Source of the DNA: a virus
DNA length: 64,000 nucleotides
Strand: one strand, 5' to 3'
Virus record (IMG/VR): IMGVR_UViG_3300037851_000452
Span: 1-64,000 of that record
The notes below the pieces were generated by a model that did no database searches, had not been told where the DNA came from, and saw only the letters and a program-made list of their open reading frames with translations. This document shows, in pieces, positions 58,201 through 64,000 of the stretch (the stretch's first letter is position 1; each line of letters opens with the position of its first letter). The translations under genes were made by a program, and so were the position numbers.

Positions 58201-58668
58201 AATAGGAGCAGCGCCAATTGCGGCACCGGCTAAACCACCACCTAAGGCCCCTAAACCAGCTCTAACCCCCCCAGTTCTAAAGGCGTTGCCCAAGACACCT
58301 AAAGTGTCCCCAAACCCCATCCCAGCCGCTCCAGCTCCCCTAGCAAAGCCCCGAGCTCCCTGGGTGAACGGGTCGAATATGTCTAGTGGGCTTCTCCCCG
58401 TACTGGAGAACATTCCGTGAATGCCCCCAGCCACGGCAAGTCCCGTCATAGCCCCAGGAACAGCCATGACCATGCCGCCCGCTATGCGGTTGCCCAGTTC
58501 TCCTGGCCTCTCAGAAGGGTAGGGGTTCTGCATCCCCCCTCCAGCGGCAAGAGCTCCTCTAGGGGCCATACCCGCCATGCCGCCAATCTGGTACGAGAAG
58601 GCGGCTTGATTACCAAACATGGCCGACTGCCCGCCGATGAGACCCGATATTTCAGAACTGGTGTACAT
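55210..58668 (-). CDS. Tape measure-like protein
   Basis: 1152 aa, Gly/Ala/Met-rich, helical, with hydrophobic Gly stretches; upstream of tube-initiator and hub genes. Confidence 0.75.
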   Translation of the reverse strand: MYTSSEISGLIGGQSAMFGNQAAFSYQIGGMAGMAPRGALAAGGGMQNPYPSERPGELGNRIAGGMVMAVPGAMTGLAVAGGIHGMFSSTGRSPLDIFDPFTQGARGFARGAGAAGMGFGDTLGVLGNAFRTGGVRAGLGALGGGLAGAAIGAAPIMAAGLAVQQVAGSVYQGVQNISDVGSMANQYFGPQFGAPGARAGGEMGRQTIKGIVGALGEMAGDDIMGSMKELKNLMDRAGQMGLLTGITDVQSFKQRFGQVVSQVRDLAKVMGTTLEEAAPAYMQMRQMGLWKTSDILGTAIASKAVGPQAAPQMMQTMAVGAQLSHAMGGTRRAGATIGRESFLNIQAAQRAGVLSAEDVEEFTGGLTGEEGQAALAQRMGQITSNLMNTSAGRAMMVGLGETREGVFTGGIDKKKLGQFLSGGVGVDELMRQGRKSASGNEAAMSFMEKEGQIGQNLAAEGGIESMVAIVQKIADTRFRGSERARHHLFKQMLGVSSREAEMLGKMADDLPRIMDEKARQMEAAMSRAFDEHNTKTYNSLSGLKGAFDRAIEDTVRPINEIGEKIATETGDLVDRISNTITGRVRKIPMGVMERSRLLREGALTADFSKFMPADGGQNFVTGSAWENMTRRLSSGDWIGKTAAGVAAGGITGGLFGAVGSITGIGEEMTPKARALRTVGIGSMEGGGPLQMGGGFTTSQADVELGIRQAYIRAQGGKEGLGINENRLSRVKSVLSRTIGRHSYSLSKVRKADPGKYKEEVLRLMSSEDRDVFSGMSDREKLNYLSVAQTEEGFYAGDASMDFKSDAAAIGIPTDIQGLKENQENLLSEMRSELGGKSLLTSILSGIGGGGSPVAGSFSRGAQTDTRDSGVTEGDLEKAFGGPGSDIFAKYLKGDLTAAEANTDLARIKGGGDVSKIINQLEHNMTPERREKFKGLSERYIGARGAQVQMEELKKVQGIAASGPDQVEGLGKESGRAFSNLVRLYRGGADEVLETSETTQAGAEAENLARGLSKDEMKALRSGGAIGRQVLALRAGMDVGSMSRKELASFEKKMKGLGYDLEAMGGDDYKKVKESGDLGKFKDLVSKITKGNLSEPQGTTNRLEEQLRMYTLANTRFVEAVGKALNKDVKEFAKEIASQGTQMTANAPAPAKA

Positions 58669-58694
58669 GTGCTCTCTTTTCCTTGCTCTCTAGG

Positions 58695-58704
58695 AAAATA
58701 GCAG
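58695..58704 (-). promoter_or_regulatory. CTGCTATTTT extended -10-like element upstream of TMP
   Basis: Identical 10-mer also at 59116-59125 upstream of the next minus-strand gene. Confidence 0.4.
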
Positions 58705-58707
58705 AGT

Positions 58708-58736
58708 GAAAAGATGACGTATAGCTTTGGGATAAG
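58708..58736 (+). promoter_or_regulatory. Bipartite promoter-like motif GAAAAGAT-N12-TGGGATAAG
   Basis: Second copy with identical spacing at 61705-61733. Confidence 0.55.
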
Positions 58737-58742
58737 TTTAAT

Positions 58743-58838
58743 GTCGGAGGGCTCGACGTTGGAAAAGTCCGACCATCTGGTCGAGATAAGACCGTTGAGC
58801 CGAAGGAGCTTCCGCAGGGCGCCCGGTTCCGCTCCGAC
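58743..58838 (+). ncRNA. Candidate structured ncRNA A
   Basis: Closing stem GTCGGAG/CTCCGAC; 9-bp stem GGCTCGACG/CGTTGAGCC; GGAGCT/GGTTCC; G:U pairs favour the + strand. Confidence 0.45.
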
Positions 58839-58844
58839 GATATC

Positions 58845-59093
58845 TTAGGTGTTTTTATTAGAGCAGAATGCGTCCAAATGGCCTTTGGACTTTTGGTACA
58901 GGTAGCCCTCGATGGCGAGCCTCTCTTCCTTAGACAAAGGGCACTTCCGAAACTGAGGGTCCACGGAACTGACGTAGTCCGAAAACCTGGAGACTTCTTG
59001 CTTGCACAAGTCTCTCAGCCGATCGGTAGATTGAAGTACCTGTTGCTTTGTTTCTTCGGGCACGTTTAATAGCAAAGAAAAAGTAGGTTCCAT
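58845..59093 (-). CDS. Small hypothetical protein
   Basis: 82-aa ORF divergent from ligase. Confidence 0.6.
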   Translation of the reverse strand: MEPTFSLLLNVPEETKQQVLQSTDRLRDLCKQEVSRFSDYVSSVDPQFRKCPLSKEERLAIEGYLYQKSKGHLDAFCSNKNT

Positions 59094-59144
59094 CCGACTG
59101 TTTTAGCTTACGACCAAAATAGCAGTCAACTACAGGAGTTCAAC

Positions 59145-60563
59145 ATGAGAATGTTCCTTCAAGACAAGGGCCGGACGTCTAAGGCACAGGTGTGGGTCGT
59201 AGAAAGAAAAGGTAACCGGGTCATTACGGAGTGGGGACAGTTAGACGGAGCCCAACAAAAAACAGAGGAGAGCTTCGAGGCAGTTAACGTTGGGAAGTCG
59301 AATGAAAAGAGCCCTGAAGAGGTTGCTCAGGAGTCTATGGACCGGGACATTAAGAAGAAGACCAGAGAGGGGTATCGAGAAGTGAACCCCAAAACACGGG
59401 AGTTCCTGACAGAAAAATCAAGCAGCGAGATCGACTTCGGTGAGCTCCCCCAGAATCTTAGGTTCTTCAAGCCACAGAACTCTATAAACAGCTACATCCA
59501 TAAGAAGATAGAAGAACGGTCCGCGTGGCTACTTAGAAAAAGAGACGGGATGATGCACGTAGTCTCTATTGGAGAAGACGGCGTGCCAAGAATGTTCTCC
59601 TCCAACATGTTACCCGCCCATAAGAATGAACCCGAGGTGCCCTGGCTAACTAGGTACCCGCACCTAGAAGCAGATCTGAAAGGTTTGCACCTACCCGCCA
59701 GAACAATACTTCTAGGAGAGATTTGCACCTGCGCGCATTCGGGGCATAGGGACTCCGAAGGATACGCCAAAGACGACTTCATATACGTTGGGTCCGTAGT
59801 AAAGAGCCTAACTCCCCGAGCCCTAGAGCTTCAGAAAGAGAAAGGAAACCTGGCGTTCTGTATATGGGACGTAGCTTTTTGGGGAGGTTGCTGCTGGCTA
59901 ACGGAAGAGCCGGCGTTCAAGCGTATGAACCATGTTACAGACCTCCTGGAAGAAGGAAGAACTAGGTACATCACATTTCCAGAGGTCATCAATCTATGGG
60001 GTGATGGGTTCACAGTAAGATCTCAAGAAACAAAGGTTCCTGGAGACTATATCTACGGAGAAGCCCGAGACACGGATGAGAAAATAAAGACCATGTTGAA
60101 CTGGGCCAAGAAATTGGGATGGGAGGGATTCGTGGCTATTGACCCGGACATTAGATACGACGATAGGGCCTACAACTTCCACGGGAAAGCAGAGAGGCCA
60201 AAAGAGGTGGTGAAGTTGAAGCCCACTCTAGAGGCCGATTTCATTGTTAGGTGGGACCCTGACAACGGTATTGGAGAGCGAGGCAAGGGAAAGAAGAGCG
60301 GAGGAGTTGGCTCTGTAATGGCCTATCTATGGGACCCAGACGTCAAAGAAGAAGTTCCCGTGTGCAAGGTAGGAGGGGGTCTAACAGACGAGTTAGTTCG
60401 AGAGTTCGCCAACCCAGAACTCTACCCGATGGTCTGGCAAATAGAATTCAGTGAATGGACGGACAAGGGAGCTCTTCGGTTTCCTGAGTTCGTTCGAGTT
60501 AGAGACGACAAGTCTCCAGAAGACTGCACCATCTACCAGAAACCTAACGCGGAGGAAGAATGA
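59145..60563 (+). CDS. lig: ATP-dependent DNA ligase with WGR-like N-terminal domain
   Basis: Motif I KRDG, III LLGEI, IIIa FCIWDV, IV EGFV, V KLKP, VI LRFPEFVRVRDDK; N-terminal EWGQLDG...KKKTREGY; SD AGGAG. Confidence 0.9.
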   Translation: MRMFLQDKGRTSKAQVWVVERKGNRVITEWGQLDGAQQKTEESFEAVNVGKSNEKSPEEVAQESMDRDIKKKTREGYREVNPKTREFLTEKSSSEIDFGELPQNLRFFKPQNSINSYIHKKIEERSAWLLRKRDGMMHVVSIGEDGVPRMFSSNMLPAHKNEPEVPWLTRYPHLEADLKGLHLPARTILLGEICTCAHSGHRDSEGYAKDDFIYVGSVVKSLTPRALELQKEKGNLAFCIWDVAFWGGCCWLTEEPAFKRMNHVTDLLEEGRTRYITFPEVINLWGDGFTVRSQETKVPGDYIYGEARDTDEKIKTMLNWAKKLGWEGFVAIDPDIRYDDRAYNFHGKAERPKEVVKLKPTLEADFIVRWDPDNGIGERGKGKKSGGVGSVMAYLWDPDVKEEVPVCKVGGGLTDELVREFANPELYPMVWQIEFSEWTDKGALRFPEFVRVRDDKSPEDCTIYQKPNAEEE

Positions 60564-60811
60564 GCCCTATCATCGAAAGAAAGTTCATCAGAAAACAACC
60601 GAAGCCTGAAGAACCGGCTCAGACAGTAGAGCTGGACGACACTAAAGTCATCCCCCTCAAAGATCAGAAAGGTAATATACTGTTTAGGGGAACGCTAAAA
60701 GAGATTGTGGAGTGGTCTAACGCGACCTTCGCTCAAAGAGAGGCCGCTAGAGTTTCTGATTCTTGTAGATTCTTTGACACGTCGGGCACTTCTGTCCCTC
60801 CGCAGTCGTGA
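60560..60811 (+). CDS. Small hypothetical protein
   Basis: ATGA-coupled to ligase. Confidence 0.55.
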   Translation: MSPIIERKFIRKQPKPEEPAQTVELDDTKVIPLKDQKGNILFRGTLKEIVEWSNATFAQREAARVSDSCRFFDTSGTSVPPQS

Positions 60812-61440
60812 CTGTCAACGACTTGTCCGTCGGGCACCGAATCCTCTTCATGGCACCCGCAGCCGCACTCGTCCCCCTCCGTATCTGACGGTTCGTCGGA
60901 ACAGCAATCTTCGGCATAGTCTCCTCCAAACTCATTAGGTTCCTGGTCGGTCTTGGCAGAAGATGCCTCTCCGACTGGTAGTGGGGGCAGAGATTCAAGA
61001 TCTCCCCCCATTACCCACGTCCTCATATGCTCCCTAAAATCAGGTCGCTTCTTGAAGGTTTCCCATTCTGAGAACAGGGAATTGATAGCCTCGTACGAGA
61101 TAGGGTCTGCATCCGCCCCAGATACCCGAAGGTTGAGCTCATTAAGAGCCACAACAGACAGTCGAGTAAGAACTGCGAACTGGTCATCGAGCTGTTTGTG
61201 TGCCTCTTGCAGAGCTACCTGGTTCTCCCAGATAGTCTGAATGGCAGACGCCACTGCTCGAAACCTCTCGTCAGTTGGAGGCACTGCTTGGGCCGTTTTT
61301 TCCAAGGATTGACTTTCCTTTTGGGGACGAGATTGTCCTTTTGCCGGCAGGACGGTTAGTTTGATCTGGCGCTTTTCCTTCCTCTTTTGTTCCTTCTGAA
61401 CTTTCTTTTGCATTTGCCTCGTGCTGCTCGACTTTGTCAT
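60733..61440 (-). CDS. Hypothetical protein (basic N-terminus, acidic tail)
   Basis: SD GAGGAG upstream of ATG 61440. Confidence 0.6.
   Translation of the reverse strand: MTKSSSTRQMQKKVQKEQKRKEKRQIKLTVLPAKGQSRPQKESQSLEKTAQAVPPTDERFRAVASAIQTIWENQVALQEAHKQLDDQFAVLTRLSVVALNELNLRVSGADADPISYEAINSLFSEWETFKKRPDFREHMRTWVMGGDLESLPPLPVGEASSAKTDQEPNEFGGDYAEDCCSDEPSDTEGDECGCGCHEEDSVPDGQVVDSHDCGGTEVPDVSKNLQESETLAASL
60747..60917 (-). CDS. Nested 56-aa basic Zn-ribbon-like protein
   Basis: GGAGGAG SD then MPKIAVPTNRQIRRG...CPTD...CPTCQRIY. Confidence 0.55.
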   Translation of the reverse strand: MPKIAVPTNRQIRRGTSAAAGAMKRIRCPTDKSLTVTTAEGQKCPTCQRIYKNQKL

Positions 61441-61702
61441 GTACTTTCTCCTCTACGTACAAGTTTTCTAGATGCTCAATTTGCTCATTCAGTGGATGTA
61501 GCTCTGTTGTAAGTACTCCAGTGATGAACTCCCTAACAATCTGTTGAGGAACCATTTTCCCGTCGGACGAGATACCCTTAGAGGCCTTACGAACCTCGTC
61601 GTCTACAAAGGCTCTTAGGTGATCTACTACTTCTAGCCATATAGACCGGGTATGTCGTAGTTTCTCTACCTTATCAAAGGCTTCCGCAAGAGTTAATGGC
61701 AT
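61271..61702 (-). CDS. Hypothetical helical protein
   Basis: Likely start ATG 61702 (MPLTLAEAF) behind GGAG. Confidence 0.6.
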   Translation of the reverse strand: MPLTLAEAFDKVEKLRHTRSIWLEVVDHLRAFVDDEVRKASKGISSDGKMVPQQIVREFITGVLTTELHPLNEQIEHLENLYVEEKVHDKVEQHEANAKESSEGTKEEGKAPDQTNRPAGKRTISSPKGKSILGKNGPSSASN

Positions 61703-61704
61703 AC

Positions 61705-61733
61705 GAAAAAATCTCCACGACTTCTGGTACAAG
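61705..61733 (+). promoter_or_regulatory. Bipartite promoter-like motif GAAAAAAT-N12-TGGTACAAG
   Basis: Matches 58708-58736. Confidence 0.55.
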
Positions 61734-61739
61734 GCTACT

Positions 61740-61857
61740 GTGCGACCCTCGGCAGCAATCCTCGCGAGATTGGCTGTGGACCTGACCCGGGTTGGGTAGA
61801 GGACAATCGGCCGTGCCGGCTAGCAATGTCCCCGGTTGGAATGAGTGATGCAGGCAC
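61740..61857 (+). ncRNA. Candidate structured ncRNA B
   Basis: Hairpins 61752-61777, 61780-61797 and 61801-61831 enclosed by GTGC/GCAC; G:U pairs favour the + strand. Confidence 0.4.
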
Positions 61858-61865
61858 GTAAAACA

Positions 61866-62558
61866 TTAGCTGGTAATCATCCCAAGAAATCTCTTTTTTA
61901 GGTCTGCTCCAGCAGATAGGTCCTTAATAATGTTCTTGAGGGGATATATCAACGGTTTGCGCTGAACTCTAACCCTGTCCAACCTGTCCAGGTCTGTGGT
62001 GCTCTCGTGCAGGGGGTCGTATCGGATCTCAAACGGAGAGTACTTCAAGTAGATATCCACATCTCCGCCTAGCTGGTGGAACGTATTAACCAAAAGGTCT
62101 GCTAGTTTGGACGGGGTAAGACGTGCCATCTTTTCCCCCACCACGATTGGCATAGACTCCAACTGAGAAGTGCTGCGTCCTTCCTCCTTGGACACTTCAA
62201 TATGCCGACTTTTACCTTCTGGGTCCAAGAACATTTCCCTACCGCAGTGCGGGCAAACAACATGCATGTACCCGAAATTATCAGAAGACATAGGTTTGCC
62301 ACAGTCTTTAAAACCGCACCAATACATCTTCTGATCGCCGCCGCCGTGTAACTTCTTTCCAGACTCCCAGATCAACAGCATCAAAGGGGATGCCACGTGA
62401 GACAAGGTAGACCGATGACGGCTAAAAATAACCTCTATCTTGTACCGGGCAACATAAGGATTAGCAGGCACTCCTAGAGGCTTAGAGAGACGTTCCTTCT
62501 CCGCGGAGGTCAGCACCACCTCGTCTCTAATGCCTGCTGAAACAGGAGTTACGTTCAT
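61866..62558 (-). CDS. Zn-ribbon-containing hypothetical protein
   Basis: CGFKDC...CPHC. Confidence 0.65.
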   Translation of the reverse strand: MNVTPVSAGIRDEVVLTSAEKERLSKPLGVPANPYVARYKIEVIFSRHRSTLSHVASPLMLLIWESGKKLHGGGDQKMYWCGFKDCGKPMSSDNFGYMHVVCPHCGREMFLDPEGKSRHIEVSKEEGRSTSQLESMPIVVGEKMARLTPSKLADLLVNTFHQLGGDVDIYLKYSPFEIRYDPLHESTTDLDRLDRVRVQRKPLIYPLKNIIKDLSAGADLKKRFLGMITS

Positions 62559-62565
62559 GTATCAC

Positions 62566-63078
62566 CTACGACAAAGCAGAAGCGCCTCGACGTCCTGTTT
62601 TAACACCGCCACTCTGCGGAGGTCCTTTACCCACAAGAGGAGCTTCCAGAACCTCAGCCCTAGGAACCGAGCTCTCAAAAGAAGAACAGATGTCCGAGGC
62701 GGCCGTCCTCAGATCACTGGACGCGAAGGAGATCACCCAGGCGTACTTGACGGTACCGTATTTGAGCATGAACTGCTTACCAACAAAACCACGGCAGGAG
62801 TCTTGAGAGTTCTCGAGAACCTGAAGGATAGGAGACACCACCGAGCCGACAAAAGACCTCTCTTTGTCCTTTGATACACGCCCCAGGATATGGATCTGAC
62901 CAATGCCAGACTGAACCTCAACAACCTCAAACAATCGAGTGCTAGCCAAACTGCTAGCTACAGCGTTAGCAATTCCCTCCGCATACTCCTCAGGGCTAGT
63001 CTCTGGAGTATCTGCCTCCTCCTCCTTCCGACTGCCTAAACGGGTGTTCAAAAAATCAAAGTCGGGCTCCATAGTCAC
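62566..63078 (-). CDS. Hypothetical protein
   Basis: Overlap-coupled to the upstream gene. Confidence 0.6.
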   Translation of the reverse strand: MTMEPDFDFLNTRLGSRKEEEADTPETSPEEYAEGIANAVASSLASTRLFEVVEVQSGIGQIHILGRVSKDKERSFVGSVVSPILQVLENSQDSCRGFVGKQFMLKYGTVKYAWVISFASSDLRTAASDICSSFESSVPRAEVLEAPLVGKGPPQSGGVKTGRRGASALS

Positions 63079-63341
63079 CTCCTCAACTCAACAACGTTGT
63101 CCGGAACGTCTAGATCACGTAGGTATTTTGAGTAATCCTCAATCAATCCCTCGCACCTAGCTATCGCCAAAACCAAACCATGAACCACAACTTGAGATGC
63201 CGCCCAACTGGAGAAAACGTCTCTTCTCTCTGGAGGCATCTCGTCACATCTAGAAAGAATGATGGACTTAGCCTCCCTAAAGGCAGCTAGGTCCCTCTCT
63301 ACTTCCTGACGTTCACAAATCACGTCGCTACGAGATACCAC
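63075..63341 (-). CDS. Small helical hypothetical protein
   Basis: ORF track, packed operon. Confidence 0.55.
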   Translation of the reverse strand: MVSRSDVICERQEVERDLAAFREAKSIILSRCDEMPPERRDVFSSWAASQVVVHGLVLAIARCEGLIEDYSKYLRDLDVPDNVVELRR

Positions 63342-63669
63342 GTAGAACCTCGTCTAGGGCCTCTTTGTAAAATAGGTCCTCTGCAGCCGCTTCCTTCTCT
63401 AGAACCGACTCCTCTTCCACTATGACCAAATACCTACAAGGAGCACCCCCGTCCCCAGACGACAAATGCTCTCCCAAAGGGTCACCATTACGTCTTGGAA
63501 TAGCGCAGCACGCCCCTACACCACAGGAACAAGAGCCGCTTCTAGACCCGTCCTCAGAAAACTCGTAAGTGCACTCAGGAGGAATGTAGCTATTTACAGT
63601 CGGGTACTCGCTACACATCTTTGGGCGCATGTCGTAAATAGAGCACCGAGCCACAAGCCTAGTTGTCAT
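63328..63669 (-). CDS. YkgJ/CxxCxxCC-like cysteine-cluster protein (permuted motif order)
   Basis: CSIYDMRPKMCSEYP ... CSCGVGACC ... PCRYL. Confidence 0.65.
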   Translation of the reverse strand: MTTRLVARCSIYDMRPKMCSEYPTVNSYIPPECTYEFSEDGSRSGSCSCGVGACCAIPRRNGDPLGEHLSSGDGGAPCRYLVIVEEESVLEKEAAAEDLFYKEALDEVLRGIS

Positions 63670-63850
63670 AACGAATGTCCTGGCTTTTGTAGACTAGCTG
63701 ATACGGAAAACCAACCAGCCTAACCATGTCACTCACAGGAGATGTACTTTTGCCGCTAATGACCTGATAAGCAAGGTTGCTAAAATAGGGAACATCCCTA
63801 TCACCCCTATATCTGAACAGGTCCATTATTGCCTCGGTTACTCTTTTCAT
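63659..63850 (-). CDS. Small hypothetical protein
   Basis: Likely start ATG 63850 (MKRVTEA), ATGA-coupled to the partial upstream gene. Confidence 0.5.
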   Translation of the reverse strand: MKRVTEAIMDLFRYRGDRDVPYFSNLAYQVISGKSTSPVSDMVRLVGFPYQLVYKSQDIRYDN

Positions 63851-64000
63851 GAGTCCTGGTCCTCTCTCAAAAGAAGAAGAGTCCATTTTATACCGTCCCC
63901 GTCATACCTAATGTCGTCAGACGCCACATACTGTGGTTTCCCCTCGCCTATACGAACGGAGTAAGGAATGCCTCCAAGGTCTTTGATGGCCTCTGGAGGG
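63847..64000 (-). CDS. C-terminal part of a gene entering from the right edge
   Basis: Open frame ...PPEAIKDLGGIPYSVRIG...KWTLLLLREDQDS-stop ending in an ATGA overlap. Confidence 0.45.
   Translation of the reverse strand, partial: PPEAIKDLGGIPYSVRIGEGKPQYVASDDIRYDGDGIKWTLLLLREDQDS

Noticed and set aside
410-58668. Extracellular contractile injection system or tailocin rather than phage
   Set aside because: DNA ligase, a phage-type sigma, dense small hypothetical genes and the absence of host housekeeping genes favour a large phage, although no capsid or terminase gene is in this window.
58761-58772. GGAAAAGTCCG resembling RNase P CR-I
   Set aside because: Locus is far too short and has no CR-V (ACAGAACCCGGC).
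61757-61768. TCCTCGCG resembling HDV ribozyme L3
   Set aside because: Flanking bases cannot form P3, and no nested double pseudoknot was found by eye.
61773-61791. Minus-strand GGTCAGGTCC resembling SRP RNA helix 8
   Set aside because: Lacks the GGAA tetraloop and GGAAGCAGC. G:U pairing favours the opposite strand.
63659-63960. G.PY...DIRYD similarity between two adjacent genes
   Set aside because: Too short. IRYD also occurs in the ligase and the 61866 gene, so chance cannot be excluded.
1-64000. Stop-codon recoding, CRISPR arrays, tRNAs, introns/inteins
   Set aside because: Long ORFs are intact in code 11 and all three stops are used. No regular repeat-spacer array, tRNA cloverleaf or intein motif was recognised by eye.

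Overview
This window looks like the tail/baseplate and virion-accessory region of a large (jumbo-like) contractile-tailed dsDNA bacteriophage. It uses the standard genetic code, is gene-dense, and almost every gene is on the minus strand with frequent stop/start overlaps. In transcription order (right to left) there are small hypothetical and Zn/Cys proteins, then a plus-strand ATP-dependent DNA ligase. Next come tape measure, tube-initiator-like and hub-like genes, a cluster of small proteins sharing an N-terminal F-x-D-E-L-x-x-I motif, and a group-3-like sigma factor. About 25 kb of fibre, Ig and lectin accessory genes follow, including a 2374-aa S74-chaperone fibre and a beta-helix spike. 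The window ends with gp25-like, giant baseplate-J-like and wedge genes and a second S74 fibre. The most notable observations are: (1) two intergenic plus-strand structured-RNA candidates preceded by the same bipartite promoter-like motif GAAAARAT-N12-TGGKAYAAG; (2) a shared N-terminal tag on unrelated small putative virion cargo proteins; (3) a stand-alone MshEN-type domain tightly linked to two membrane proteins; (4) an apparently circularly permuted YkgJ cysteine-cluster protein; (5) extensive module shuffling among fibres. No tRNA, rRNA, CRISPR array, reverse transcriptase, integrase or transposase was recognised. All product calls come from motif reading by eye; no database search was run.
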